A stretch of 61,029 bases of DNA, taken from contig JBDRCZ010000115.1 in NCBI GenBank assembly GCA_043821285.1, forward strand, positions 1-61,029, given 5' to 3'. The DNA comes from Candidatus Omnitrophota bacterium (lineage in GTDB: Bacteria; Omnitrophota; Gorgyraeia; B26-G9; JBDRCZ01). The position numbers and the translations under genes were made by a program. Positions within the stretch are counted from its first letter, which is position 1; the number at the start of each line of letters is the position of its first letter. Shown piece by piece: positions 9,744 through 19,356 of this stretch. The notes beneath the pieces are model-generated. The model was not told the origin of the DNA, did no database searches, and saw nothing but the letters and a program-made list of their open reading frames with translations.

Positions 9744-11729
9744 TTACATATAGTAATCAAAATCCGCTTCTTTTCTCAATCTTCTTTTGACTTTCAAAAT
9801 ATGAACTGGGACAATCTGGGGATTCAGTTCGACATAATTTCTCTCACCATGCCAGATATATTTATCGTCGCTTAAAAGGTCATGAACTAAATAGGTTTGC
9901 TGCGGGTCTATCTGTAATTCATTGCGGGGCACCTTAACCCAGCCTGATTGAGTATGATATGGGTCAAGATTTACCACAATAAGAATAATATTATTCAAAT
10001 CCTCTGTCGCTTTGCCGTAAAAAAGCAAATACTCATTATCCACTTCATAAAACTTCAAATTCCGTGTTGTTTGTAAGGCCCTGTTCTCTTTTCGGATACG
10101 ATTTAATCTGGCAATTAAATCCTGCAAATTTCCTTCCATCTCAACATCCCAGTTCTTAACTTCATACTTTTCTGAATCGCGATATTCCTCTTTACCCTCA
10201 AGAGCTTCTTTAACACAAAGTTCATATGCCGGGCCGTAGATCCCGTAACTTGAAGAAAGAGTTGCCGCAAGCACAAGCCTGATAATAAAACTTGTCCTTC
10301 CGTCATACTGCAAGAACTCCGGCAAAATATCCGGCGTATTCGGCCAGAAATTTGGTCTGAAATATTCTCTGATCTCAGTCTGAGTAAGTTCCCTAAGGTA
10401 ATTAGTAATCTCTGCCTTTGTATTACGCCAGGTAAAATAAGTATACGACTGTGTAAACCCCGCCTTGGCTAATCGATACATTACTTTCGGCCTGGTAAAA
10501 GCCTCCGACAAAAATATTGTATCGGGATAATCCTTTTTAATTTCTGAAATAAGCCATTCCCAAAAGGCAAACGGTTTGGTGTGCGGGTTATCTACGCGAA
10601 ATATGCGCACTCCCTTATCAATCCAAAACAGAACAATGCTTTTTAGTTCTTCCCAAAGCTTTTGCCAATTTTCCGTTTCAAAATTAAGCGGGACAATGTC
10701 TTCATATTTTTTGGGAGGATTTTCTGCGTATTGAATTGTCCCATCGGGTCTCTTCTTAAACCACTCTGGATGTTCTTTCACATAAGGATGATCCGGAGAA
10801 CACTGAAAAGCAAGGTCTAAAGCTACTTCTAATCCAAATTGATCAGCCTGTTTTACGAATTCTTGAAAATCCTTCATTGTACCCAAAGATGGATCAATAG
10901 ATTTATGCCCTCCAGCTTCTGAACCAATGGCCCAAGGGCTGCCCATGGATTTAGGATCAGCAGTAATGGTATTGTTCTTACCTTTTCGCTTTGTCTTTCC
11001 GATGGGATGAATAGGGGGGAAATATAAAACATCAAATCCCATTTTCCCTATGTGGGGCAAAAGAGCATGGCAGTCTTTAAAAGTTCCTTGTTTACCTGGC
11101 GCCGTTCCACATGAACGGGGAAACAATTCATACCAACTGCTAAACAATGCCTTTTGGCGGTCAACTACTACCGTAAGTTCTTTTTCAAAAGTTACCGCTA
11201 AACTTTTGTCAGAATATTTTCTAAAGATTTCTGCCCACTCATCACTCAGAGCAAGAGTAACTCCTTCAGCAAGCTGTTTTTCATCTTTCAATATGTTCGT
11301 CCATAATTTCAACTTTTCCACCTCAATCTTCGATGCTTTCTTTAATATATGCTCAATGAGCTCTATGCCCATCAGCAAATCTACTCTTATCTCCTGGCCA
11401 GCTTCGTATTTCTTTTTCAAATCTTTCCGCCACGTTCCAATATGGTCGACCAAAGCCTGCAGCGTGTAATAATAAATACCACGCTCTCTAACCTCAAAAA
11501 CAGCTTGCCAGTGATCATTAACTACCAACTGCATTGGCACCTGATGCCAATCTTTTTCATCGGATTTACGATAAAGGAGCCGGGCAGTTATCTCGTCACG
11601 GCCATCAACAAAAATGTCTGCTTCGACAACAACTTTCTCATCAACTACTCTTTTTATCGGAAAAAATCCACCGTCAATTTGCGGTTTCACATTTTCAATA
11701 ATAACCCTCTTCGTGCCTTCAATGTTCAT
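9744..11729 (-). CDS. glgE: Alpha-1,4-glucan:maltose-1-phosphate maltosyltransferase
   Basis: 661 aa. N-terminus RVIIENVKPQIDGGFFPIKRV and catalytic block FRVDNPHTKPFAFWEWLI...FLSEAFTRPKVMYRLAKAGFTQSYTYFTWRN are typical of GlgE. Confidence 0.9.
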   Translation of the reverse strand: MNIEGTKRVIIENVKPQIDGGFFPIKRVVDEKVVVEADIFVDGRDEITARLLYRKSDEKDWHQVPMQLVVNDHWQAVFEVRERGIYYYTLQALVDHIGTWRKDLKKKYEAGQEIRVDLLMGIELIEHILKKASKIEVEKLKLWTNILKDEKQLAEGVTLALSDEWAEIFRKYSDKSLAVTFEKELTVVVDRQKALFSSWYELFPRSCGTAPGKQGTFKDCHALLPHIGKMGFDVLYFPPIHPIGKTKRKGKNNTITADPKSMGSPWAIGSEAGGHKSIDPSLGTMKDFQEFVKQADQFGLEVALDLAFQCSPDHPYVKEHPEWFKKRPDGTIQYAENPPKKYEDIVPLNFETENWQKLWEELKSIVLFWIDKGVRIFRVDNPHTKPFAFWEWLISEIKKDYPDTIFLSEAFTRPKVMYRLAKAGFTQSYTYFTWRNTKAEITNYLRELTQTEIREYFRPNFWPNTPDILPEFLQYDGRTSFIIRLVLAATLSSSYGIYGPAYELCVKEALEGKEEYRDSEKYEVKNWDVEMEGNLQDLIARLNRIRKENRALQTTRNLKFYEVDNEYLLFYGKATEDLNNIILIVVNLDPYHTQSGWVKVPRNELQIDPQQTYLVHDLLSDDKYIWHGERNYVELNPQIVPVHILKVKRRLRKEADFDYYM

Positions 11730-11802
11730 CTAATATCTCTCCTTTCTCGTACTAATAAATTGCCTATCCATGCGTTATGTATCATAATTGTTTTAGGTTT
11801 CA

Positions 11803-11934
11803 TTAAGATACCCCTTTATATCCACTTTTTTTCCTAAAACAAAACAACATTCCACCCCCAATAAACGACATAAGCCCCAACAATGAAAAATATCCCCATT
11901 TCCATTCAAGTTCCGGCATATATTTAAAATTCAT
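11803..11934 (-). pseudogene. Remnant of a CorA Mg2+/Co2+ transporter (C-terminal 43 codons only)
   Basis: My translation: MNFKYMPELEWKWGYFSLLGLMSFIGGGMLFCFRKKSGYKGVS. This matches the GMN-motif/last-TM end of CorA (as I recall Thermotoga CorA: GMNFEYMPELRWKWGYP...FKKKKWL). No upstream CorA body. Below the ORF-track length cutoff. Confidence 0.55.
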
Positions 11935-12000
11935 CGGATTCTTGACACTACCTATAAACTGGGACAGATTTTGCCTGAGGCAAAATTTGGGTTTAACTGA

Positions 12001-14802
12001 TTAGATAAATTTTTCTCTGTTTATAAGTAAACTCGCGGGGAAATGTTTAAATGTCTCGGAAATAGATATTGCTCTTTCAGCGGTTATCTTTTGATTTGTA
12101 AAAATATCCTGCCAGTTTTTCGGCGCATCCTCCGGCAAAATAATCTGTGTATCCCGCCAAACCGTACTAAAAGGTACTTCACCTTCTTTTATGATCCCGG
12201 TTAAAAAGCGCGGCACAACACTTATTGCCCAGTTATTCTCATATCTGCGGGCAAAGGCAATAATATTATATTTGTATGTGCCCTCAATGCTTAAAGGAAA
12301 ATACTCTCCTTTTTGAAAAATATCTCTGCCCTTGTTTCTTGCCTTGAGCGCCTGATAAACCAAAAATAATTTAATCCGCCCGTCTTCTTTTTTTGCCAGC
12401 AATTCTGAAATAAGCCGTAAAACATCTTTTTCGCTTTCTTCTCTTATCTGTTTTAGAAAATCTATTCTTTTAGTAAAATCAACCGGCCGGCGGTTGTCCG
12501 GGTCAACCAGGCTAAAATCCCATAACTCCGTTCCCTGATAAAAGTCAGGCGCCCCGGGAGCGGTTATTTTTATCAATACCTGAGCGAGTGAATTAAATAT
12601 TGCATAATCGGCAATTTTCTTCTCGAAAGGCAAAAAATCCGTTAAAAAATCATTCTTCCGGTCGGTTTTAAGAATCGCTTCCACAAATGAAAGACAGGCA
12701 TCCTCGTATTCCTGATCCGGCTTAAGCCAGGCAGTATGTCTTTTTGCCTCACGAATTGCTTTGATCAGATACTGTTTAATCCTTTTTTTGTATCTATCCA
12801 TCTTTGCCTGATCAAACGGGAAGGTGCCGATAAGGGTCTGGTAAAGAAAATATTCATCATTTGCATCCGGGGCAATGATTTCCCGTACCTGTTTTTTATT
12901 GTGTTTATTCAATTTACTCCAGTGCTTAAGTCTTTCTTCCCATTCCTTAGGGAGTTCCGAAAGCACATTAATCCGTGCCCGGGTATCTTCGCCGCGCTTG
13001 GTATCATGGGTCGCGGTGGCGTTTAATGTATTTGGGAAATTTTTACCGCGCGCTTTGCAGAAATCATGAAATTCTCTCCGGGTAAAACCAAATCGTTCCG
13101 GACTGCCGCCAACTTCATTAAGCGAGATAAGCCGGTTATAAATATAAAGCAGGGTATCTTCAAATCCCTTGGCCATCAACGGGCCGGTATATTGCTGAAA
13201 CTTCATCACAAAATGCCCCCATTGTTTCTTCTCTTCTTCACTGAGAGAATTAGGGTATTTGAGTAGTAAAAACTTTTCAATGAACTTAAACTCGTGCAAT
13301 AAACCCGGATATTTTTCGCAGGCCTTTTGCACGGCTTCCGTAATATATCTTTTATCTATCTCATTGACCGGTTCACCGGTTATGTATGTTCGATAGACCG
13401 GGAAAAAAGTCATTACTTCCACCAACGCCCTTCTTAATCCATAAAGCGTAATATCACGGCCATATCGGTCTTTAGCCGAAATGTTTTTGATAAATTGTGC
13501 CAGATTATCGATATCACCCGCCATATGCCGGCCGATAATCAGCCGCTTTTTATCGGAGACCAGTTCGTCAAAAGGCAAATTATTAGTGCAGAATTTGTTA
13601 TATATTTTAGTAAACACATTCTCGTTTTCCTGATTACAAAAAAGTCCGTTTACATAGTTTAAAAAATCATACCCGGTTGTCCCTTCAATCGGCCAATTAA
13701 ACGGTATGCTTTCCTGATAGTTAAGAATTTTCTCCGCAACAATATATACATCTCTGGCGTGTGCTCTTAAACGCTGCTGGTATTCTGTGGGATTATAAAA
13801 CCCGTCAATATGGTCTATGCGCAGTCCGGAAAATACGTTTTCACCAATATATTTAAAAATTAAATCATGAATTAAAGTAAATATCTCTTCATCCTCGACT
13901 CTTACCGAAATAAGCTCGTTTATATTAAAAAACCGGCGGTAGTTAATTTCCTCCGCGGCAACCTTCCAAAAAGAAAGACGGTATGCCTGCTGCGACAATA
14001 AATGGTCGAGCCGGTCAAAACTCTCAGGCCGGCCTCTTTCGCCATTAAATAATCTGATATTTGTGTCAATAAATTCCCGGATCCGGAAATTATAACAATA
14101 AAACTCCCAGAGAACATCCATTACATGTTTTTTCTGATCATACTCTCCCCCATTCGGACTTTCCGCGGTAAAATCTTTAAGCAAGTGAAGCGCCCCGAGA
14201 AATTTTATAAAATCAGCAATATCTGTTCTCAGTTTTTCTTCCAGCGTCTTTAAATTATGTTTAAAAATATATGCCACGGATTCAATGTTCAGCGGAAATT
14301 TATGTGCGTAATAATTCACCGTTAATTCTGCCTGCTCATAGTTAAGTTGTATCTGGCCGTCTTCCAGCGCTTCCGCGTAAAACGTGCCCAGTACCGGCAC
14401 CAACACCTTTCCTTTGAAACTCTCTGCGGGATGATTCCATTCGATATCAAACACCCGGCTGTATTTTGAATTAACGCCGTAAGTTAATACATCCATCAGC
14501 ATTTGATTTGCGCTGTCAAACGCCATGTGGTTTATAACAATATCCTGAATCCATCCCATTCCTTGATTTTGTAACACCTTAATTAAACTCTGGAACTCAC
14601 TCTCACAACCAAGTTCAGGGTTTAATTGATTGGTGTCTACGATATCGTAACCATGAGTCGAACCTTTGCGCGCCTTAAAAATCGGCGAGGCATAAATATG
14701 AGAAATGCCTAAATCAAAAAAATATGCCGCAATCTGCTCTAAACTTTTAAAGCCGAAATCCGGATTAAACTGTATTCGATAAGTTACCGTTGGTACTTTC
14801 AT
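12001..14802 (-). CDS. treY: Malto-oligosyltrehalose synthase
   Basis: 933 aa. TYRIQFNPDFGF...GISHIYASPIFKARKGSTHGYDIVD N-terminus is typical of TreY. Its ATG overlaps the GH57 stop (ATGA at 14800-14804). Confidence 0.9.
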   Translation of the reverse strand: MKVPTVTYRIQFNPDFGFKSLEQIAAYFFDLGISHIYASPIFKARKGSTHGYDIVDTNQLNPELGCESEFQSLIKVLQNQGMGWIQDIVINHMAFDSANQMLMDVLTYGVNSKYSRVFDIEWNHPAESFKGKVLVPVLGTFYAEALEDGQIQLNYEQAELTVNYYAHKFPLNIESVAYIFKHNLKTLEEKLRTDIADFIKFLGALHLLKDFTAESPNGGEYDQKKHVMDVLWEFYCYNFRIREFIDTNIRLFNGERGRPESFDRLDHLLSQQAYRLSFWKVAAEEINYRRFFNINELISVRVEDEEIFTLIHDLIFKYIGENVFSGLRIDHIDGFYNPTEYQQRLRAHARDVYIVAEKILNYQESIPFNWPIEGTTGYDFLNYVNGLFCNQENENVFTKIYNKFCTNNLPFDELVSDKKRLIIGRHMAGDIDNLAQFIKNISAKDRYGRDITLYGLRRALVEVMTFFPVYRTYITGEPVNEIDKRYITEAVQKACEKYPGLLHEFKFIEKFLLLKYPNSLSEEEKKQWGHFVMKFQQYTGPLMAKGFEDTLLYIYNRLISLNEVGGSPERFGFTRREFHDFCKARGKNFPNTLNATATHDTKRGEDTRARINVLSELPKEWEERLKHWSKLNKHNKKQVREIIAPDANDEYFLYQTLIGTFPFDQAKMDRYKKRIKQYLIKAIREAKRHTAWLKPDQEYEDACLSFVEAILKTDRKNDFLTDFLPFEKKIADYAIFNSLAQVLIKITAPGAPDFYQGTELWDFSLVDPDNRRPVDFTKRIDFLKQIREESEKDVLRLISELLAKKEDGRIKLFLVYQALKARNKGRDIFQKGEYFPLSIEGTYKYNIIAFARRYENNWAISVVPRFLTGIIKEGEVPFSTVWRDTQIILPEDAPKNWQDIFTNQKITAERAISISETFKHFPASLLINREKFI

Positions 14803-17228
14803 CAGTCAATCTTTACCTTAAAATATTCGCTCAGATTATTAAAAAGCATAATCCAATCTTTTGCCGTCTCTTCGCCTTGTTCGCTTTTTGTCTGCATTAT
14901 ACTTAAGTAGTTCCTGCCAATAGAAAAATACATGTTTTGCGCTTCCCAGAGATTAATCTCTAATGACAAAATCTTTGCCGCTTCAATTATGCCAACAACA
15001 TCCTTGAGCAAATTTACATCTTGCGGACGATGCGTAAACTTCTCCATTGCGGAAGTAGTCTGCTTTTTTAGCATAAATGCCAGGGTGGTTTTATCTATTT
15101 TCAATGGCCAATCTTTCACCCTGCTTGCCGCCTCCGACAATTGTCCAAGATCTATTTCCTTGTTTTCCAGCAGGATATTAATATTTCTACTATAAATAAA
15201 TTTCGCAATATCATAGAAAAATTCCGGTAAAGGAATCTTTAACTCGTTTGTTGCCTGCATCAGTGGAAAATACTGCTCGTATATTTTTCGGAATGACTGT
15301 TCGATCTCGTTTCCGGCATCCTGAAAAATTTTATTTAAAACCTGGCGCTGCTCATCACGAAACAGGTGCCATAAAGAGTAATTATGTGCGTGAAAATATT
15401 TATCGATAAGATGCATTACCTCGGAGATATCCCCTTTATTAAATGTCTCTTTTATTTCCCGCTGTAGTTCATTAAATATTTCATCGTTTTCCCAGCGAGC
15501 TGCGCCCGCACTCAAATTATGATCGCCAAGATGCAGCACGACAAACATAATTACATCTTCCTCGGCGGTAATCTCCGCGCGCAACCGTGCCTTTCCCATC
15601 GCCAGCTTTTGCTTACCAGCCTCGACCTGCGTGTAAATTTCATTGACCGCGGTATAGCTATATAATTTATTTATCCCGCGATATTCCCCGAATAAAGAAA
15701 AAACGGCATAGTGTACTCCCACGCGTAATAAATCAATAACCGCCGGCCGGACAAGCATTTCATATATTTTTGCGCCGTTATTAAACTCGGTAATATTGCT
15801 GATTGAGCGTCCGAGTAGTTTAATGTAGGCATCTTCTAAGTGTACCCCGCTGGTATCTTCCGCCAGTTGTATTGCCCGGGCAGCATACTGGATTATCTGC
15901 ACTGTCTCAATCCCGGAGACCTCATCAAAAAACCAGCCGCAGCTGGTATACATCAGCATTGCGTGACGCTGCATCTCTAAAAGTTTTAATGCCTTAATCT
16001 TTTCCTCCGCCGATAATTCTCTGCCCGCATGCATCATTAAAAACCGCTTCAGATTTTCCGGGGACCGGTCCAGAATTACTTTTATATATTCATCTCTTAC
16101 CTGCCAGGGATCATTGATGTATTTTGCCATTTGTTCATCGTAAATCGGAAGCAGATTATCTCTCAACCAGTCCATGGCCCCGCGCAAAGACGCACGCCAT
16201 TCCTGCTGCCACTGTTTATGCATTCCGGAATTACACCCGCAATTATTCTTCCAACGCTCCACCCCATGTACACAGCTCCAGGAAGAATTTTCAAAAATTT
16301 CAACTTCATACGCCGGCGGATTTTTTTCCAAATATTCGCCGTAGATAGTAATCGTGGCAGCATTGTTGGCGGTAAGATAATAAAGACAATACGCCAGCGC
16401 CATATCGCCATATTGATAATAGTGCCCGTATGTTTCACCGTCTGTGGCAACATGCACCAATTGCGCCTCTGGAGAATCTTTTATCAAAGCACCGGAGAGA
16501 CGGTTGGCAAATTGTTCACCGTTGGCTAAAAGATTGCCAAACGCCAATTCCTGCGAAATAATTCCGTCATAGAAAAAAACAACAATTTTTTTCCCGGAAG
16601 GGAGCTTACATAAATACGGCATCTTTGGATCAATCTTTGCATTGCTGACATCCTGCCAATGTTTGTCAGAGATATTGCGCACCCTTTTTGCCTGACGCGG
16701 AGCAAGAATGGTGAATTTTAGATTGAATTCTGCTAAAATATCTAATGTCACATAGTCAACCGCGGTTTCCGCCAGCCACATCCCTTCCGGGTCTCTTTTA
16801 AAACGGTGCCGGAAATCCTCAACCCCCCAGAAAACCTGCGTCCGTTTATCGCGTATTGAGGCCAGCGGCATAATCATATGATTATAAACCTGGGCAATGG
16901 CGGAACCGTGCCCGGAAAAATTTTTTTGGCTCTGTTTATCTGCATCAAGTATTGCCTGATATACCCCTGGTTCATGTTTTTCGATCCATGATAAAAGCGT
17001 GGGGCCGAAATTAAAACTAATCTTTGAATAATTATTGACAATATCGATTATTTTACGCTCGGGGCTTAGAATACGCGCCGCGGTATTCGGCGCATAACAT
17101 TCCGCGGTTATCCTTTTATTCCAGTCATGGTAAGGATATGCGGAGTCCTGAACTTCTATTTCTTCAAGCCAAGGGTTTTCCCGCGGCGGCTGGTAAAAAT
17201 GCCCGTGAATACAAATATAACGGTTCAT
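14802..17228 (-). CDS. Glycoside hydrolase family 57 protein with DUF3536-type C-terminal region
   Basis: 808 aa. N-terminus ICIHGHFYQPPRENPWLEEIEVQDSAYPYHDWNKRITAECYAPN is typical of GH57/DUF3536 proteins. Confidence 0.8.
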   Translation of the reverse strand: MNRYICIHGHFYQPPRENPWLEEIEVQDSAYPYHDWNKRITAECYAPNTAARILSPERKIIDIVNNYSKISFNFGPTLLSWIEKHEPGVYQAILDADKQSQKNFSGHGSAIAQVYNHMIMPLASIRDKRTQVFWGVEDFRHRFKRDPEGMWLAETAVDYVTLDILAEFNLKFTILAPRQAKRVRNISDKHWQDVSNAKIDPKMPYLCKLPSGKKIVVFFYDGIISQELAFGNLLANGEQFANRLSGALIKDSPEAQLVHVATDGETYGHYYQYGDMALAYCLYYLTANNAATITIYGEYLEKNPPAYEVEIFENSSWSCVHGVERWKNNCGCNSGMHKQWQQEWRASLRGAMDWLRDNLLPIYDEQMAKYINDPWQVRDEYIKVILDRSPENLKRFLMMHAGRELSAEEKIKALKLLEMQRHAMLMYTSCGWFFDEVSGIETVQIIQYAARAIQLAEDTSGVHLEDAYIKLLGRSISNITEFNNGAKIYEMLVRPAVIDLLRVGVHYAVFSLFGEYRGINKLYSYTAVNEIYTQVEAGKQKLAMGKARLRAEITAEEDVIMFVVLHLGDHNLSAGAARWENDEIFNELQREIKETFNKGDISEVMHLIDKYFHAHNYSLWHLFRDEQRQVLNKIFQDAGNEIEQSFRKIYEQYFPLMQATNELKIPLPEFFYDIAKFIYSRNINILLENKEIDLGQLSEAASRVKDWPLKIDKTTLAFMLKKQTTSAMEKFTHRPQDVNLLKDVVGIIEAAKILSLEINLWEAQNMYFSIGRNYLSIMQTKSEQGEETAKDWIMLFNNLSEYFKVKID

Positions 17229-17295
17229 GCCTCTTCCTTCCCTGTATTACCTACAGTTTTGTCAAAAACCTAACCACAAACAATCACACATTAAA

Positions 17296-17395
17296 AGCAA
17301 CCACAGATTTCTCAGATTTTCCCCTTAAAATTCTTATAATTATCTGTGCAATCTGTGGTTGTTTTTTGGTTTCTCGTGAAGCTTTTGACATTACC
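17296..17395 (-). repeat. REP/MITE-like hairpin element, copy 2 (overlaps the treZ 3' end)
   Basis: 48 nt identical to copy 1 (tctcagattttccccttaaaattcttataattatctgtgcaatctgtg). Inverted termini CAACCACAGATT / AATCTGTGGTTG. Ends with TTGACATTACC at 17385-17395. Confidence 0.75.
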
Positions 17396-19204
17396 ATAAA
17401 CTGCTACACTTAATGGCGCGGTGTTGATTGTTGTATTTTTTTCTATGGTTTCCGGCAACAAAGAACCCGGACCACGCCATTTTTCTTCTGAAGAATCTAA
17501 AATTTTTAACCACTCGCCCGCCGGTAATTCCGTGCTCAATGTTTTTTTTCCTTCATTAAAATTCATAAAACATAACACCCTGCTATTTTTAAACCCGCGC
17601 TGCAGGATTAAAAAATCATCCCCTTGCTTACATATCTGCAGGTTATCTTTAGTTAAATTTGACAGCGCCGGAGTGCTTTTACGCAGCATAATCAGTTCTT
17701 GGTAAAATTTGAAAATAATCTTATTTTTCTCATCCTTTAACTTTTCCCAGCAAAGTTTTGATTTATTAAATGTATCTTCGCTCTGTGGGTCAGGAATATC
17801 TCCGGCCCAGTCAAAAGCACTAAACTCGTTTTTCCGGCCAACCCGTACCGCCTCAATAAGATTCTTATCCGTGTGGCTGGTGAAATATAAAAACGGTGCA
17901 TCTTCCCCGTATTCCTCGCCCATAAAAATCAGCGGGATATACGGGGAAAGCATTACTATCCCGGCTAAGAGTTTCTCTGCCTCCAAACATACCAAAGATG
18001 AAATCCTCTCCCCCAAAAGCCGGTTCCCCACCTGGTCATGGTTTTGGATAAATATTAAAAAACGGTTAGCGGGGATGGTTTTGGACGAACTACCATGGTA
18101 TCTTTTCCGGTATTTAGAGTACCGCCATGAATAAACGAATCCTTCCCGTAAAGCGGTAACTAAATCCGCTAATCGGCCGAAATCTCCATAATAACCTTTT
18201 TTTTCTTGCGTAAACAGTGTATGCACCGCATGATGAAAATCATCATTCCACTGGGCATCAACACCATAACCGCCAAACGCCGTCTCTTCGATCACGCGTA
18301 TATCATTTAAATCACTCTCCGCAGTTAAATAAAATTTCCGCCCGGTTTTTTTCGAAAAATCTGCGGTTTTCTCCGCAAGTTCTCTTAGAATATGCTTGGC
18401 GCTCATATCAAAAATACCGTGTATTGCATCAAGTCTTAGGGCATCAATGTGATAATGTTCAAACCAGAACATGGCATTTGCAATAATAAAATTTCTGACT
18501 TCACTACTGTAAGCACCGTCATAATTTATGGCACTACCCCAGGGAGTTTTATATTTATCCGTAAAATACGGACCGAATTGCGCGAGATAATTTCCTTCCG
18601 GGCCAAAATGGTTATAGACCACGTCTAAAATCACCGCCAGACCCTTTTTATGGCAGGCATTAACCAGTCTTTTCAAACCCTCCGGCCCGCCGTAGGAATT
18701 TTGAACCGCATAAGCATAAGTCCCGTCGTATCCCCAGTTGCGCCCCCCGGGAAACTGGGATACCGGCATAATCTCTATGGTATTTATCCCCAGATTACAA
18801 AGATAATTAAGTTTATCAATAACCGCGGCAAAAGTACCTTCCGGGGTAAAAGTGCCGGTATGCAGTTCATAAATAATCATTTCCTCCAACCTAATACCGC
18901 ACCAATTCTGTTCTTCCCATAAGAAACAATTATGGTCAATAACTGCCGAGGCTGCGTGCGGCCCATCCGGCTGATAAAACGAAGCCGGGTCAGGATAATT
19001 CCCCTTGTTCTCAATCTGGTAAAAATAACGCGTATTATTTTCTAAAGAATCAAGGGTTGTATGCCAATAACCTAAGCTGTCTTTTTCCATGGCCATAATC
19101 CTCTCCCGAGGCGCAACAATTTTTAAAGCAATATTTTTTTTAAACGGTGCCCAGACCGTAAATTCACAGCTATTTTTACTGATATAATATGCGCCAATCT
19201 TCAT
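17312..19204 (-). CDS. treZ: Malto-oligosyltrehalose trehalohydrolase
   Basis: 630 aa GH13. IYELHTGTFTPEGTF...IEIMPVSQFPGGRNWGYDG, ILDVVYNHFGPEGNY, ALRLDAIHGI. The last ~27 codons and the stop are encoded by the repeat element. Confidence 0.9.
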   Translation of the reverse strand: MKIGAYYISKNSCEFTVWAPFKKNIALKIVAPRERIMAMEKDSLGYWHTTLDSLENNTRYFYQIENKGNYPDPASFYQPDGPHAASAVIDHNCFLWEEQNWCGIRLEEMIIYELHTGTFTPEGTFAAVIDKLNYLCNLGINTIEIMPVSQFPGGRNWGYDGTYAYAVQNSYGGPEGLKRLVNACHKKGLAVILDVVYNHFGPEGNYLAQFGPYFTDKYKTPWGSAINYDGAYSSEVRNFIIANAMFWFEHYHIDALRLDAIHGIFDMSAKHILRELAEKTADFSKKTGRKFYLTAESDLNDIRVIEETAFGGYGVDAQWNDDFHHAVHTLFTQEKKGYYGDFGRLADLVTALREGFVYSWRYSKYRKRYHGSSSKTIPANRFLIFIQNHDQVGNRLLGERISSLVCLEAEKLLAGIVMLSPYIPLIFMGEEYGEDAPFLYFTSHTDKNLIEAVRVGRKNEFSAFDWAGDIPDPQSEDTFNKSKLCWEKLKDEKNKIIFKFYQELIMLRKSTPALSNLTKDNLQICKQGDDFLILQRGFKNSRVLCFMNFNEGKKTLSTELPAGEWLKILDSSEEKWRGPGSLLPETIEKNTTINTAPLSVAVYGNVKSFTRNQKTTTDCTDNYKNFKGKI

Positions 19205-19226
19205 CTATAACTTCCTTACAAATTAC

Positions 19227-19341
19227 AAGCAACCACAGATTCATTCACCACGGATTATCTCAGATAAATCTCTTTTTATATCCGTATAATCTGAGTAATC
19301 TGTGGCTGCTTTTAATTCTTTTATAGTATTTTGACACTACC
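19227..19341 (-). repeat. REP/MITE-like hairpin element, copy 3
   Basis: First 39 nt match copy 1 with one mismatch (aagcaaccacagattcattcaccacKgattatctcagat). Inverted termini; ends TTGACACTACC (19331-19341), 15 nt from the stop of the upstream gene. Confidence 0.75.
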
Positions 19342-19356
19342 TCACTTGTTCCGTAA

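Noticed and set aside
9727-9754. + strand promoter CTGACA-16-TATAGT firing antisense into glgE
   Set aside because: The -10 match is formed by the glgE stop-codon region. The other copies of the TTGACACTACC motif lack a -10 at the right distance. The conserved unit is the motif itself, as the end of the repeat element.
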